DNA of 64,000 bases from a virus: IMG/VR virus record IMGVR_UViG_3300050192_000013, positions 3,705 through 67,704 of that record, one strand, 5' to 3'. The notes beneath the pieces were generated by a model, which made no database searches, was not told the DNA's origin, and saw only the letters and a list, made by a program, of their open reading frames with translations. Numbering within the stretch: the first letter of the stretch is position 1; the number at the start of each line of letters is the position of its first letter. A program made the translations under genes and the position numbers. Below, one piece after another: positions 26,573 to 35,641 of the stretch.

Positions 26573-28237
26573 ATGGCCGCACCCGCGTTAGTTCAGGCAT
26601 CCACGTATCAAGTCCCAAGCCGCAAGGATGATAGCATCCGTGTGCCAGTGACGAAGCTCGACGTGCAGAGCGCGGAGCATATGCTCTACGCGGATGCATG
26701 GACTTCCATTGACCTGATCCAGGCGTCCGGCGTGCGGATGAAAAATCAGGCCGAGCGATTCCTTATCAAGCGGCCCAAGGAATTGTTCGACGTTTACCAG
26801 GAACGCATCCGGCGTTTCACTCACGAGCCGATACTTGGCGTAGCGATTGGCTGGTACATCTCGGCCATGTTCCGCAAAGACCCGACTATTCAGCAACCGA
26901 AAGGCGGCGGGACGGCAAGCGGCACTTGGTATGATGCGTTCCTTCAAAACTGCGACGGTGCGAATACGACGTTCATCGACGTGTGGCGCGAAATATTCAA
27001 GCAGTTGTGCTTGAATCGCACCTGCTACGTATTGGTGGACCTGCCTAACAGTGGCGATATCGGCAACCCCGGCGTAATTCCCATCAGCCGCGCGGACGAG
27101 CAGGCGCAAGGACTCGACAGGCCGCTGCTCACCGTTTACGATGCGCGGCAAGTGATTAACTTTAGCGCAGATAGTCGCGGGAATCTGCAATGGATCGTAA
27201 TAAAGACGGAGCGCAAAGACCAGGAATTTCTTGGTGAGACGAAAGACGTAACGACGTGGTATTACTTCGACCGCCAGGAATACCGCGTGTATGAGCGTAA
27301 AGCTACGCACGGCACGACGTTGGACCAAACTTATGTAATCTACAACAGCAGCGGTGACCGCATCGATAACAACTCTCCGATGGCCACGTTAATCGACCGT
27401 GGTCCGCATTCGCTGTCGAAGTTCAATCGCGTTCCCGTGCGGCGCATCGAAGTGCCCGACGCTCTGTGGTTAGGCAACCGTGCGTACATGCAGATGATGA
27501 CGCACATCAACAAAGAGAACGAGTACGACTGGGCGTTGACGATGAGTTGCCTCGCGCAACTGCTGGTTATCGGGCAGCAGGATCTTACCAACCTCACAAT
27601 CACAGAGGCCGGCTTCCTGCATTTGCCGGATGCCGCCGCGCATATCGAGTGGCTAGAGCCAAAAGGCACGTCATTCGAGGCGATGCAAAAGCGCATCGAC
27701 AACTTGCGGCAGGAAATCTTCCGCGTGCTGTATCTGCAAGCGCAGGGCAAGGATTCCAGCGCGACAGCAGCGGGTGCCTCCGGTTACTCGAAAGAAGTAG
27801 ACATGATTCCGGCGTCCGATGCACTAAACGGATTCGGCAAGGTCGTGCGCCAAGGGATGCAGAACGTGCTTGATGATGTATCGATGGCGCGCGATGGCAT
27901 CAGTACGCTCAAGTGGGACGTGAACGGCTTCCGGTTCGAGGTCAAGCCTGCAACGATTTCAATTGCGCTGTGCGATGAATATCTCTCGCTGCAAATTCCC
28001 TCGGTAACTGCCGAAAAGGAAGTTCAGAAGCGAACCGTGCGCGACGTTCTGGACGGCTACAACCAAGACGTGATCGATAAGGCGTGCAAAGAAGTGGATG
28101 CGGCTCCATCGCAGCAAGAGCTAAAGGATCAACAGGCGCAAACGCAGGCTTCGATGTACCAACAGGCTTTCGATAAGGCCGACAATCGGGCTACGGCGAA
28201 GGATGAGCTTGGGCAGTTGAGTACGGCGAGTATTTGA
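26573..28237 (+). CDS. Portal protein
   Basis: 554 aa, position after terminase, E....Y..R..R N-terminal motif, SG.SK..D motif (DUF4055-like). Confidence 0.8.
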   Translation: MAAPALVQASTYQVPSRKDDSIRVPVTKLDVQSAEHMLYADAWTSIDLIQASGVRMKNQAERFLIKRPKELFDVYQERIRRFTHEPILGVAIGWYISAMFRKDPTIQQPKGGGTASGTWYDAFLQNCDGANTTFIDVWREIFKQLCLNRTCYVLVDLPNSGDIGNPGVIPISRADEQAQGLDRPLLTVYDARQVINFSADSRGNLQWIVIKTERKDQEFLGETKDVTTWYYFDRQEYRVYERKATHGTTLDQTYVIYNSSGDRIDNNSPMATLIDRGPHSLSKFNRVPVRRIEVPDALWLGNRAYMQMMTHINKENEYDWALTMSCLAQLLVIGQQDLTNLTITEAGFLHLPDAAAHIEWLEPKGTSFEAMQKRIDNLRQEIFRVLYLQAQGKDSSATAAGASGYSKEVDMIPASDALNGFGKVVRQGMQNVLDDVSMARDGISTLKWDVNGFRFEVKPATISIALCDEYLSLQIPSVTAEKEVQKRTVRDVLDGYNQDVIDKACKEVDAAPSQQELKDQQAQTQASMYQQAFDKADNRATAKDELGQLSTASI

Positions 28238-28262
28238 CGCGCATCCGCGAATGTGGTAACAT
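28234..28262 (+). promoter_or_regulatory. sigma70 promoter driving a leaderless transcript
   Basis: TTGACG-17-(TGn)TAACAT; ATG lies 7 nt downstream. Confidence 0.65.
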
Positions 28263-28269
28263 GTAGGCT

Positions 28270-28569
28270 ATGGCAAATCGAGCAGTATCAATCCTTGACC
28301 CAATGAATCCCGAGCCGACAACTCCGGCTGCTATCGCCGCAGAACAGGCCGAATTAGCTGAACGGCAGAAGAAACTCGCGGACCAGTTGGCAGCAGGCAA
28401 GGATGCGGAGTTCGGGAAACTCACAAAGTCGGTCGCCGAGTTCAACCGCATCTTCAACGAGTCTTACATGCTTCAATTGGAAAAGGCTGCGCGCAAGTGT
28501 TCGCTGTGCCACCAGCCGGGGCATCGCGCCAAGGCGTGTCCGACGAAGGCGCAAGGCGGCGCGGAGTGA
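28270..28569 (+). CDS. Coiled-coil protein with C-terminal CCHC zinc knuckle
   Basis: CSLCHQPGHRAKAC = CX2CX4HX4C. Confidence 0.7.
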   Translation: MANRAVSILDPMNPEPTTPAAIAAEQAELAERQKKLADQLAAGKDAEFGKLTKSVAEFNRIFNESYMLQLEKAARKCSLCHQPGHRAKACPTKAQGGAE

Positions 28570-28841
28570 CGAAGACGCTTTCTAGCGACGGCTATACACG
28601 CGAAGGCTACAAAGGGGTGCTGTGGGCTTGCGATCAAGCGTTAGCCATGCGCGATGGTTACAATGTCCACCTAAGTAACGTCACGGCTTGTATCAGGTGG
28701 GCCAGTCGCGAATACACCCAAGCGAAACTAGCGCGGCACTTGGGTTTCTCCACATCCTACGTGAACGACGTGGTGAAGGGCAAGCGCGCGATTACGGAGG
28801 CATTCGTGCAGCGGGTGATTGAGCGCGGGGAGATGAAATAA
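28566..28841 (+). CDS. XRE-family HTH protein
   Basis: TQAKLARHLGFSTSYVNDVVKGKR.IT. Confidence 0.7.
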   Translation: MTKTLSSDGYTREGYKGVLWACDQALAMRDGYNVHLSNVTACIRWASREYTQAKLARHLGFSTSYVNDVVKGKRAITEAFVQRVIERGEMK

Positions 28842-29107
28842 TGGCCGGAGATGGAATGATGATTAGTTTTGAAACCGCTGCGAATGCTCCGTCAATCAGC
28901 ACAACTGTCGTCGGACCTCCGGTTCCTATTGGCGTCACGACGGCATTGCGCCGCGCTGGCCTGCTTCGTGATGATGAGCGCGTGCAGGGCATCTCGCGGT
29001 TCCCGAACGACGACACGATTCACATAACGGTTGAAGGGGAGCCGGTTCCAATGGGAGAATGTGCGACCTGCCATGAACGATGGGCCGCGTGCGTATGCGA
29101 TTGGTGA
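28841..29107 (+). CDS. Hypothetical protein
   Basis: Coupled ORF. Confidence 0.5.
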   Translation: MAGDGMMISFETAANAPSISTTVVGPPVPIGVTTALRRAGLLRDDERVQGISRFPNDDTIHITVEGEPVPMGECATCHERWAACVCDW

Positions 29108-29110
29108 ACA

Positions 29111-29422
29111 ATGTTCAAAATAGTCAGAGTCCAATTAACGCCGCAAGGAACACTCGAAAAGCTAACCACGCCAATAGCCGTCGTGTCGTGCGATGAACGC
29201 GACTGCGGCGCATACATATCGCTCCAGTTCCCGTTCGCCAATGCGCGCGAAGGCCACGTCCAACTACTTCCTGCGCTGGCGCAGAACGGATGGCTGATTG
29301 ACCTCGACATGCATCGATGCCCAGGCCACGCGAAAGAATTATTGGCCGCGCAGAATCTTGTGCAGATCGCCAAATCCATGCCGCACGTTATCGACGTGAA
29401 TCCAGACAGAAAGGTCCAGTAA
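29111..29422 (+). CDS. Hypothetical Zn-binding protein
   Basis: V.CD...C....GW......H.CP.H. Confidence 0.5.
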   Translation: MFKIVRVQLTPQGTLEKLTTPIAVVSCDERDCGAYISLQFPFANAREGHVQLLPALAQNGWLIDLDMHRCPGHAKELLAAQNLVQIAKSMPHVIDVNPDRKVQ

Positions 29423-29589
29423 TGGCAACCGTGGAAATGTATTGCTTACTTGACGCGAACGGATGCACAAAGCCAGCGCCGGGATACGAACATTTGATCG
29501 GCAACCCTCCTGAGTACCGGTTGGTAATCGGGAGCAACGGCCTGCCGGTGTACACGGAAATAATGGATGACAATGGGGGCGGTGATTAG
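29422..29589 (+). CDS. Hypothetical small protein
   Basis: TAATG-coupled start, RBS AAGG. Confidence 0.4.
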   Translation: MATVEMYCLLDANGCTKPAPGYEHLIGNPPEYRLVIGSNGLPVYTEIMDDNGGGD

Positions 29590-31791
29590 GTGGCAGCCAT
29601 TGGGGGCGCTCCGCTGATTACGACGTTCAAGACGACTACCACAGGAGAACTGGTCGCCGCGTTTCTCGTCGAAGTCGCCAAACATAAGCCGCAGGACGAC
29701 AACGCGCTGCGATGCTACGAATGGGCTTACCTATTAGACCCTACGTCGGGCGTGGCAGTAAATGCCATGGGCCGGTGCCTTCTGCTGCAAGGTCAACATA
29801 GCGAGGCAGTGAGTGTATTTGGTGTCGCGTGCTTATTGCTGCCGAAATCACCGGAGCCGTTGGTTAATCTGGCTGCTGCGGCTATCGCGCTGGGCGATTA
29901 CGGCGCTGCTGAGCGGGCTTGTTCTATCGCGGTTAAGCTGAACAAGCAATTCCCCGCTGCATACTCGCATTGGGCTGCTGCGCTAGAACGCCAAGAAAAG
30001 TGGGATGCGGCTGAGGACATCATATGCACTGGATTGCTTGCATGCCCAGACGACCACGATCTGCTGTACGCGCAGTCGATGTACCTACTGAAGTCCGCCA
30101 GCACGCCAGCGGAATGGAAACGCGCGTGGGAAGGTTACGAACATCGCCCCGCGCATGTGCAGTTAGTTGAACGACTCGACAACATTCAGGAATGGAAAGG
30201 TGAATCGCTGGTAGGCCACAACCTACTGGTGTGCGCAGAACAGGGACTGGGCGACCAAATCATGTTCTCGCGGTACATCACGGATTTATTGAAAACAGCC
30301 GAAACTGTGCATGTGCATGTCAGGCCGGAACTGGCGCGCTTATTTGTGAATACGTTCGGATGGGGCGATTTCGTAAGGCTGCCCGGTGCTCACATCACCA
30401 CAACCGAATCCGAACTACCCGCCGATATCGACCGCTGGGTAGCAATGGGAAGCCTGCCTTCGCGATTTCCATACGTTACCGGTCGTCCAAATCCTCGTTA
30501 TTTGGCTGGCGAGCGTAAGCCCGTGAACGATGGCACGTATCGCGTCGGCCTGTGCTGGAAGGGCAACCCGGCGCACTATCAAAATCCGATGCGGTCGATG
30601 AGCTTCGATGCGTACCGTCCATTGCTTGACATTCCAGGATGTCAGTTCTTCTCGCTGCAACAGGACGACACTGAATCCGGCTTGCCTAATCTGTGCGCAG
30701 ATGCGGTGGACATGCAAGCCACAGCGGACGCCATCGACACGCTGGATTTGGTAATCACGGTGGATACGGCCATCGTGCATCTGACTGGCGCATTAGGAAT
30801 ACGGACTTGGCTCATACATCCGACTACGTATAAGGACTGGCGATGGAATCACGGATGGTACGCCAGCGTTTCGCATAACACGCCTACCGATCTGCGCAGC
30901 AAAGTGTCGCAATATTTTTACACACTCAACGAACCATCCGTCGAAGTGGTAAAGCGCGCGCTGTACGATAACTACGAAGTACCGCTTGCAATCGAAGACA
31001 ACTCCGATGTGCCGATATTCTTCATTTCCGATTGCCGTTACGGTCGCATGAAGTACTATCCGACCGACAAATGGCTAGGCCGAAGTCTCCAGACGTATGG
31101 CGAGTGGAGCGAATCCGAGGTTGACCTATTCCGTGCGCTGGTGAAACCCGGTAACCACGTGGCGGATATCGGCGCGAACATCGGTAGCCATACTATCGCA
31201 CTAAGTGCCATTGTTGGGGCGGAAGGCATGGTCCACGCGTTTGAGCCGTTCCCGGCAACCTACAAGGCGCTGCTCGACAACATAACGTCGTGCTTGGCGC
31301 TTGGCGACGTGCTGCTAGACGTCCGCAACTGCGCGTTGGGTGAACGTGAGGAAATCATTCGCTGCGGCAAGCCAGACCCGCGCAACCCCGGTGGTTACGA
31401 ATTGAAGGAAGGCGACGAAGCGGATATTCAGGTGCGCCGGTTGGACGACCTGGATATCGAGCGGCTGGACTTCGCTAAGATCGACGTTGAGGGATTCGAG
31501 ATGCAAGTGCTCAACGGCGGCGAGGAAACCATCGCGCGGTGTCGCCCAATTCTATACGTGGAGGCAGACAGGCCAGGAGCGTATTCCGCTATCTCGCATT
31601 GGATGATGGAGCACGGTTACCGCGTGCATTTGCACAAGCCGCCGCTGTTTAATCCCCAGAACTTCAACGGGTATCCCACTAACATCTGGGGTAATATCGT
31701 TAGCCTGATGCTGTTGGGGATTCCGTGCGAGAAGTTCCCCGAGGTAGATGGGATCAAGAATTTGGAACGGGTACGGCTAAAGAAGATATGA
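29590..31791 (+). CDS. TPR + GT9-like glycosyltransferase + FkbM-family methyltransferase fusion
   Basis: TPR repeats; W.G..L.G..LLV.AEQGLGDQIMFSRY; VGLCWKGNP.H...R; LDLVITVDTAIVHL.GALG; DIGANIG.H..V.AFEP; DF.KIDVEGFE..VL.G. Confidence 0.88.
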   Translation: MAAIGGAPLITTFKTTTTGELVAAFLVEVAKHKPQDDNALRCYEWAYLLDPTSGVAVNAMGRCLLLQGQHSEAVSVFGVACLLLPKSPEPLVNLAAAAIALGDYGAAERACSIAVKLNKQFPAAYSHWAAALERQEKWDAAEDIICTGLLACPDDHDLLYAQSMYLLKSASTPAEWKRAWEGYEHRPAHVQLVERLDNIQEWKGESLVGHNLLVCAEQGLGDQIMFSRYITDLLKTAETVHVHVRPELARLFVNTFGWGDFVRLPGAHITTTESELPADIDRWVAMGSLPSRFPYVTGRPNPRYLAGERKPVNDGTYRVGLCWKGNPAHYQNPMRSMSFDAYRPLLDIPGCQFFSLQQDDTESGLPNLCADAVDMQATADAIDTLDLVITVDTAIVHLTGALGIRTWLIHPTTYKDWRWNHGWYASVSHNTPTDLRSKVSQYFYTLNEPSVEVVKRALYDNYEVPLAIEDNSDVPIFFISDCRYGRMKYYPTDKWLGRSLQTYGEWSESEVDLFRALVKPGNHVADIGANIGSHTIALSAIVGAEGMVHAFEPFPATYKALLDNITSCLALGDVLLDVRNCALGEREEIIRCGKPDPRNPGGYELKEGDEADIQVRRLDDLDIERLDFAKIDVEGFEMQVLNGGEETIARCRPILYVEADRPGAYSAISHWMMEHGYRVHLHKPPLFNPQNFNGYPTNIWGNIVSLMLLGIPCEKFPEVDGIKNLERVRLKKI

Positions 31792-32042
31792 TGCGGCGTT
31801 TTGAGCTAAGCGATGGCGCATACGTGGAGTTGCGATGCAATGGAAGGCGTGCAGAAGTAGCATCGTTTATCAAAGATTCGCGAATGCTAAAGTATCACAA
31901 GATTAAACACCGTCGCGGCGCGTGGGCTCCGATGCGTAGCATCCCAATACTACTGGAACTTCGCGGCTCGAATGAATGGACCGAAGCGTTATTCTGGCTG
32001 GCGATGCACGAACGGGTACGGCTGAAGAAGGTAGGGATATGA
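31788..32042 (+). CDS. Hypothetical protein
   Basis: ATGA-coupled; shares a 3' repeat with the upstream gene. Confidence 0.45.
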   Translation: MMRRFELSDGAYVELRCNGRRAEVASFIKDSRMLKYHKIKHRRGAWAPMRSIPILLELRGSNEWTEALFWLAMHERVRLKKVGI

Positions 32043-32536
32043 GTTTCGGTTTTGAGAATATCGACGGAAAGTCGGTGCCATGGGGATACTCCAGCGTTCG
32101 CGACTGGTTCGACTCGGTAATTATGTCATTCCCCGCGCCATGGAAAGTCGCCCCACTCGAAGGTAAGTACTACGGCACTACGATACTTGACGCCAGGAAC
32201 TTTGAGATACTAAGCTTCTGGAACTCTGTTGGAGAGCCATCTCGTAGGGAGAAGGAAGACTTCACTAAAGGCTGGACGCCGGAAGCGTGGGCTGAATATT
32301 GTTGCGATTCTCACTGGGAATCAGCGGCTACGTTGAGCGTAGCTGAAGCGGTTGTGGCATTGCGGAATGTATCAGAAAGGAGTTGGATTGTTGCAGAAGG
32401 CGGCGAACTAGCGCAAATCATCTTCATGTACGGACACTGGGAAACGCCAATACTTAAGGACGTCCAATGCGGCGGCCCCGGAAAGCGCGCAATAGAACCT
32501 CAAGATAAGGATATGCGAAGGATGATGGGGATATGA
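32039..32536 (+). CDS. Hypothetical protein
   Basis: ATGA-coupled. Confidence 0.55.
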   Translation: MSFGFENIDGKSVPWGYSSVRDWFDSVIMSFPAPWKVAPLEGKYYGTTILDARNFEILSFWNSVGEPSRREKEDFTKGWTPEAWAEYCCDSHWESAATLSVAEAVVALRNVSERSWIVAEGGELAQIIFMYGHWETPILKDVQCGGPGKRAIEPQDKDMRRMMGI

Positions 32537-32787
32537 CGCAACGCGAAGGAAGAAAGCAACGAACAGTTAGGCGGATCGGCGCTGGACTGCCAGATGGTGA
32601 TCGACGTAACAAAGCGAATTACGCTACTGGCAAGATGAAGCGTGCGGGTGTTTACGCGACGTCCCATTCGTTGCCGGTCGTCCCAATCGTCGGTATTTGG
32701 CCGGAAAACCGATATGAATTTAACAAGAAATTCCCGTTGGTGTCACTAGATGCGTCGGCACTAACCGATCAAAATGAGCGACAGTAA
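32533..32787 (+). CDS. Hypothetical protein
   Basis: ATGA-coupled. Confidence 0.45.
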   Translation: MTQREGRKQRTVRRIGAGLPDGDRRNKANYATGKMKRAGVYATSHSLPVVPIVGIWPENRYEFNKKFPLVSLDASALTDQNERQ

Positions 32788-33089
32788 TGGCTAAAGTCTT
32801 GCCGCGCAAGAAGGCGGTCACTTTCGCGCGGGCTGACGTTAATCCGCGTAATTCCTATTACCCGCGATTGATGCTTGGAGACATCGTGCGGCTCAACTCT
32901 GGCGGCCCAAATATGAGGGTAGAGTTCCAGAACTCATTGCGAGACAAGTCTGGAAACTTCCACTACGCCACTTGCTCTTGGAATACTACTCAAGACTGGG
33001 ATGCGCAACTTGGCGGAGGCGCGTATTGCGCAACTTTCGATGAACGAATGCTAACGTTGGTGGATGGAAAGATAGCAAAATCGCTTTAG
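32787..33089 (+). CDS. YodC/DUF2158-like protein
   Basis: GDIVRLNSGGPNM.V.......C.W......F...L. Confidence 0.6.
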   Translation: MAKVLPRKKAVTFARADVNPRNSYYPRLMLGDIVRLNSGGPNMRVEFQNSLRDKSGNFHYATCSWNTTQDWDAQLGGGAYCATFDERMLTLVDGKIAKSL

Positions 33090-33156
33090 CGTCATTCGAT
33101 GCCATGGCGCGATACCGTGAGGAACCTGTGCCGTATCTGGAAGCCAAGGAGTCCGT

Positions 33157-33393
33157 ATGATTCGCGGAATGGCCTACCGCGCGACGATGCGCATCGCGCA
33201 CCATTTCAATTGGCACTACGCGCCTCCAGTGCATCCAGAAGGTGATACGGTGCTGTGGTGTAAGTGGTGCGGATTACGACAGAAGACGGCGAGTGCGCCG
33301 GTGAACAGCATCCACATACGCGCGCTCGTGACGTCACTCCGAAAAGAATTAGGCTCAGCCTACATAAAAGGAGCATCCAATGAGTCGCTTTGA
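33157..33393 (+). CDS. Hypothetical protein
   Basis: RBS AAGGAG; H.F..H...C..CG.R. Confidence 0.55.
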   Translation: MIRGMAYRATMRIAHHFNWHYAPPVHPEGDTVLWCKWCGLRQKTASAPVNSIHIRALVTSLRKELGSAYIKGASNESL

Positions 33394-33736
33394 TCCTGAA
33401 TGGAAATTACTCCCGCACTATGCGCGCTTGTACGTTGACAAACACACAGGAATCGTACTCGGCTCTATCGATACTGGCGATGTGTTTTACGCGGCAGGCG
33501 AAGTGTCGCCGGATGCCATTTGGTATAGCCAGATCGATGATGTCGTAGCGGGCAAGACGATGAAGTCCCGCCACGTTGGCGAAGACTCGGCAACCGATAC
33601 AGTGGAACGATTTGTGCGGATGGCAGAGAATGGGACGCCTAACTGGTATGAATTTTACAGAGCCAAGGCCTGCGAATCTCGCCAGTTTGTACCGTGCGAT
33701 GCGTCGGCACTGGCTAACGAAAAGGAGCGACAGTAA
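33380..33736 (+). CDS. Hypothetical protein
   Basis: RBS AAGGAG. Confidence 0.5.
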   Translation: MSRFDPEWKLLPHYARLYVDKHTGIVLGSIDTGDVFYAAGEVSPDAIWYSQIDDVVAGKTMKSRHVGEDSATDTVERFVRMAENGTPNWYEFYRAKACESRQFVPCDASALANEKERQ

Positions 33737-34203
33737 TGGCAAACGCAACGACAATCGACAACCTAATCACAGCAGCACAGATGGAAGCATCGCTGGCTGG
33801 TCAGTACTCGCTCGACATGACCGTCTTGAAGTATCAGGACGTGAAATGGGTCGGCAAATTCATTAAGGGCATGTACAAAGACGCCGAATGCTGGCTGCGC
33901 GGCGACATTATGGAGCGCCTGTGCCAACTGGGCGCCAGCGTCAAGTATCAGGCAGACGCAGTGGTCTACAACGACACCGTTACCGCTGTGTTCGATCTTG
34001 CCATCGGCAACGAGACGGCGGTCGCGGAATTTGCGGAGAAGGCCGGAGAAGCAGCGATGAACGAAGGCGACCGGCATACAGCACATCTATTCGATCATCT
34101 CCAGAAGCGCACAGACCGTCACGTCGGCGAACTGAAGGCGCAACGCGCGCTTGTCTCCAAGTTAGACGAAGCGAATTACATCGGCTCGCGTCTCGCGGAC
34201 TAA
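33736..34203 (+). CDS. Bacterioferritin/ferritin-like four-helix-bundle protein
   Basis: E..L..QY, I.ER...LG, N-E, GDR.T..LF..L....D.H...L..Q..LV..L.E.NYI.SRL; length and spacing match Bfr by eye. Confidence 0.7.
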   Translation: MANATTIDNLITAAQMEASLAGQYSLDMTVLKYQDVKWVGKFIKGMYKDAECWLRGDIMERLCQLGASVKYQADAVVYNDTVTAVFDLAIGNETAVAEFAEKAGEAAMNEGDRHTAHLFDHLQKRTDRHVGELKAQRALVSKLDEANYIGSRLAD

Positions 34204-34212
34204 GGTAACGAA

Positions 34213-34608
34213 ATGACGCGATTTGAAGAACTAGCCAAGCAGATTGAAACCAATGCGGGAACGGGCACGCCAATGCCAGCGTATCGCTGCCACAAGGAAG
34301 TATGGGCGCTGAAAATCAAGGAGATTCAACGCGAGACACTTCCGGTCTGGAAAGGCGCTACGTGCAGGGGGAGCTTCGCGCTTGGAAGTGCTTGTGGACA
34401 TTGCGAACGCTGTAAGTGGGAACTAGTGCACGGGCCAAAAATGGGCACAATCGTCGTACCGGAAGGCCACTTCGGACCCATCGCGGTTACTGCGGAGTTC
34501 ATAGAAAAGCATCAGCCGCATGTTGGCGGCTATCTCGTCTTCTATAAAGACGGCTACAAGTCGTTCTCGCCCGCCGAAGCATTCGAGGACGGCTACACCA
34601 GAATCTAG
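34213..34608 (+). CDS. Conserved phage hypothetical protein
   Basis: MP.Y.CHKEVWALKI....KH.P.VGGY.V.YKDGYKSFSPAEAFEDGYT. Confidence 0.7.
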   Translation: MTRFEELAKQIETNAGTGTPMPAYRCHKEVWALKIKEIQRETLPVWKGATCRGSFALGSACGHCERCKWELVHGPKMGTIVVPEGHFGPIAVTAEFIEKHQPHVGGYLVFYKDGYKSFSPAEAFEDGYTRI

Positions 34609-34705
34609 TAGTATCGCAAAGAATACCGCAAGTTTACTTTGCAATGTTTTCGTAGTACCAATCAAACGGGCCGCGCCGTCTCGCGGGAGAATCACAAAGG
34701 ACAGT

Positions 34706-35506
34706 ATGGATAAACAGGGACAAGCCGCCGCTGCGGGCGCTTCCGATACAAACAACGCAGGAGCAGGTACGGGTACGGCAGATGCGCCGCCAGCATGGTT
34801 CGCGGCAGCACTGGCGACAGCACTCAACGATACGAGTAGCAAACTGGAGCAGTCGATGGACAAGAAAATCAACGCCATCGATAAACGGTTGAAGGCATTC
34901 TCGAAAACGCCGGAGGCGCAAGCGGACGCTACCAACGGAACGGCTGCCGCCGCCGAAGGTGCGGACGCCGCGCACGCGGGCGAAGCGGCGAACGGGGCGA
35001 CCAACGGAACTGCCGCTGCTGGCGATAGCGACCCGAAGGCAAACGCCGCAGTCCTTCGCTTACAGCGTGAACTTTCAGCAGTGATGAGTAAAGTGACCGT
35101 GCTGGAGCAGGACAAGGAAACGCTGAAGAAAGACGGCATGGCGAAGGATCGAGCCATAGCGCTGAAGGATGCGATGGAAGGCGTTCCGTGGTTCAACGAC
35201 ACTACGCGGGATATCGTGTTCAAGACTCAACTGCCAGAGATGAAGCAGGACGACCGAGGCGCGTACTTCTTCGAGACCACGGACGGCAAGCCGTTCTTCG
35301 CTAAGGATTGGATTGAGAAGATCGCCACAGAAAATCCCAACTGGCTCAAGGCGGAAGGTCGGCGTGGCTCCGGCGCTACCAACGGCAATATCCTATGGCA
35401 AAAGGGCGGAACGAACCTGGGGGATATCACGCAAGAAAACGTCAAAGACAGAGGTAAGCGAGACGCAATCGCCGCCGATATCGTTTCGGTCTTGACAAAC
35501 AGATAG
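34706..35506 (+). CDS. Capsid scaffolding protein
   Basis: Ala-rich/coiled-coil, ends NPNWLKAEGRRGSGA; directly upstream of the MCP. Confidence 0.7.
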   Translation: MDKQGQAAAAGASDTNNAGAGTGTADAPPAWFAAALATALNDTSSKLEQSMDKKINAIDKRLKAFSKTPEAQADATNGTAAAAEGADAAHAGEAANGATNGTAAAGDSDPKANAAVLRLQRELSAVMSKVTVLEQDKETLKKDGMAKDRAIALKDAMEGVPWFNDTTRDIVFKTQLPEMKQDDRGAYFFETTDGKPFFAKDWIEKIATENPNWLKAEGRRGSGATNGNILWQKGGTNLGDITQENVKDRGKRDAIAADIVSVLTNR

Positions 35507-35521
35507 AAGTGTGCGTACTAT
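35492..35521 (+). promoter_or_regulatory. sigma70-like promoter upstream of major capsid gene
   Basis: TTGACA-18-TACTAT. Confidence 0.5.
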
Positions 35522-35641
35522 TTACTTAAGCCTGCCGTGGGGTTAATCACGGGGTATTTCCTGCAAAAGTAGTCCAACGGCCCAGCGTTTCTCTGGGGGG
35601 TCGGCAAAAACCACAAAATCAGATTCTCTTAGGAGACTTGC

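Noticed and set aside
34241-34250. AGATTGAAAC as a second CRISPR repeat end
   Set aside because: It lies inside a conserved CDS (QIET) with no upstream stem.
34920-35025. ACCAACGGAAC.GC.GC repeats in scaffold gene
   Set aside because: They are coding low-complexity repeats (ATNGTAAA), ordinary for scaffolds.
15187-35223. Long opposite-strand ORFs (15187-15969, 22487-23389, 34423-35223, most of 17547-18443)
   Set aside because: These are antisense shadows of well-supported genes in GC-rich DNA, with no motifs or RBS.
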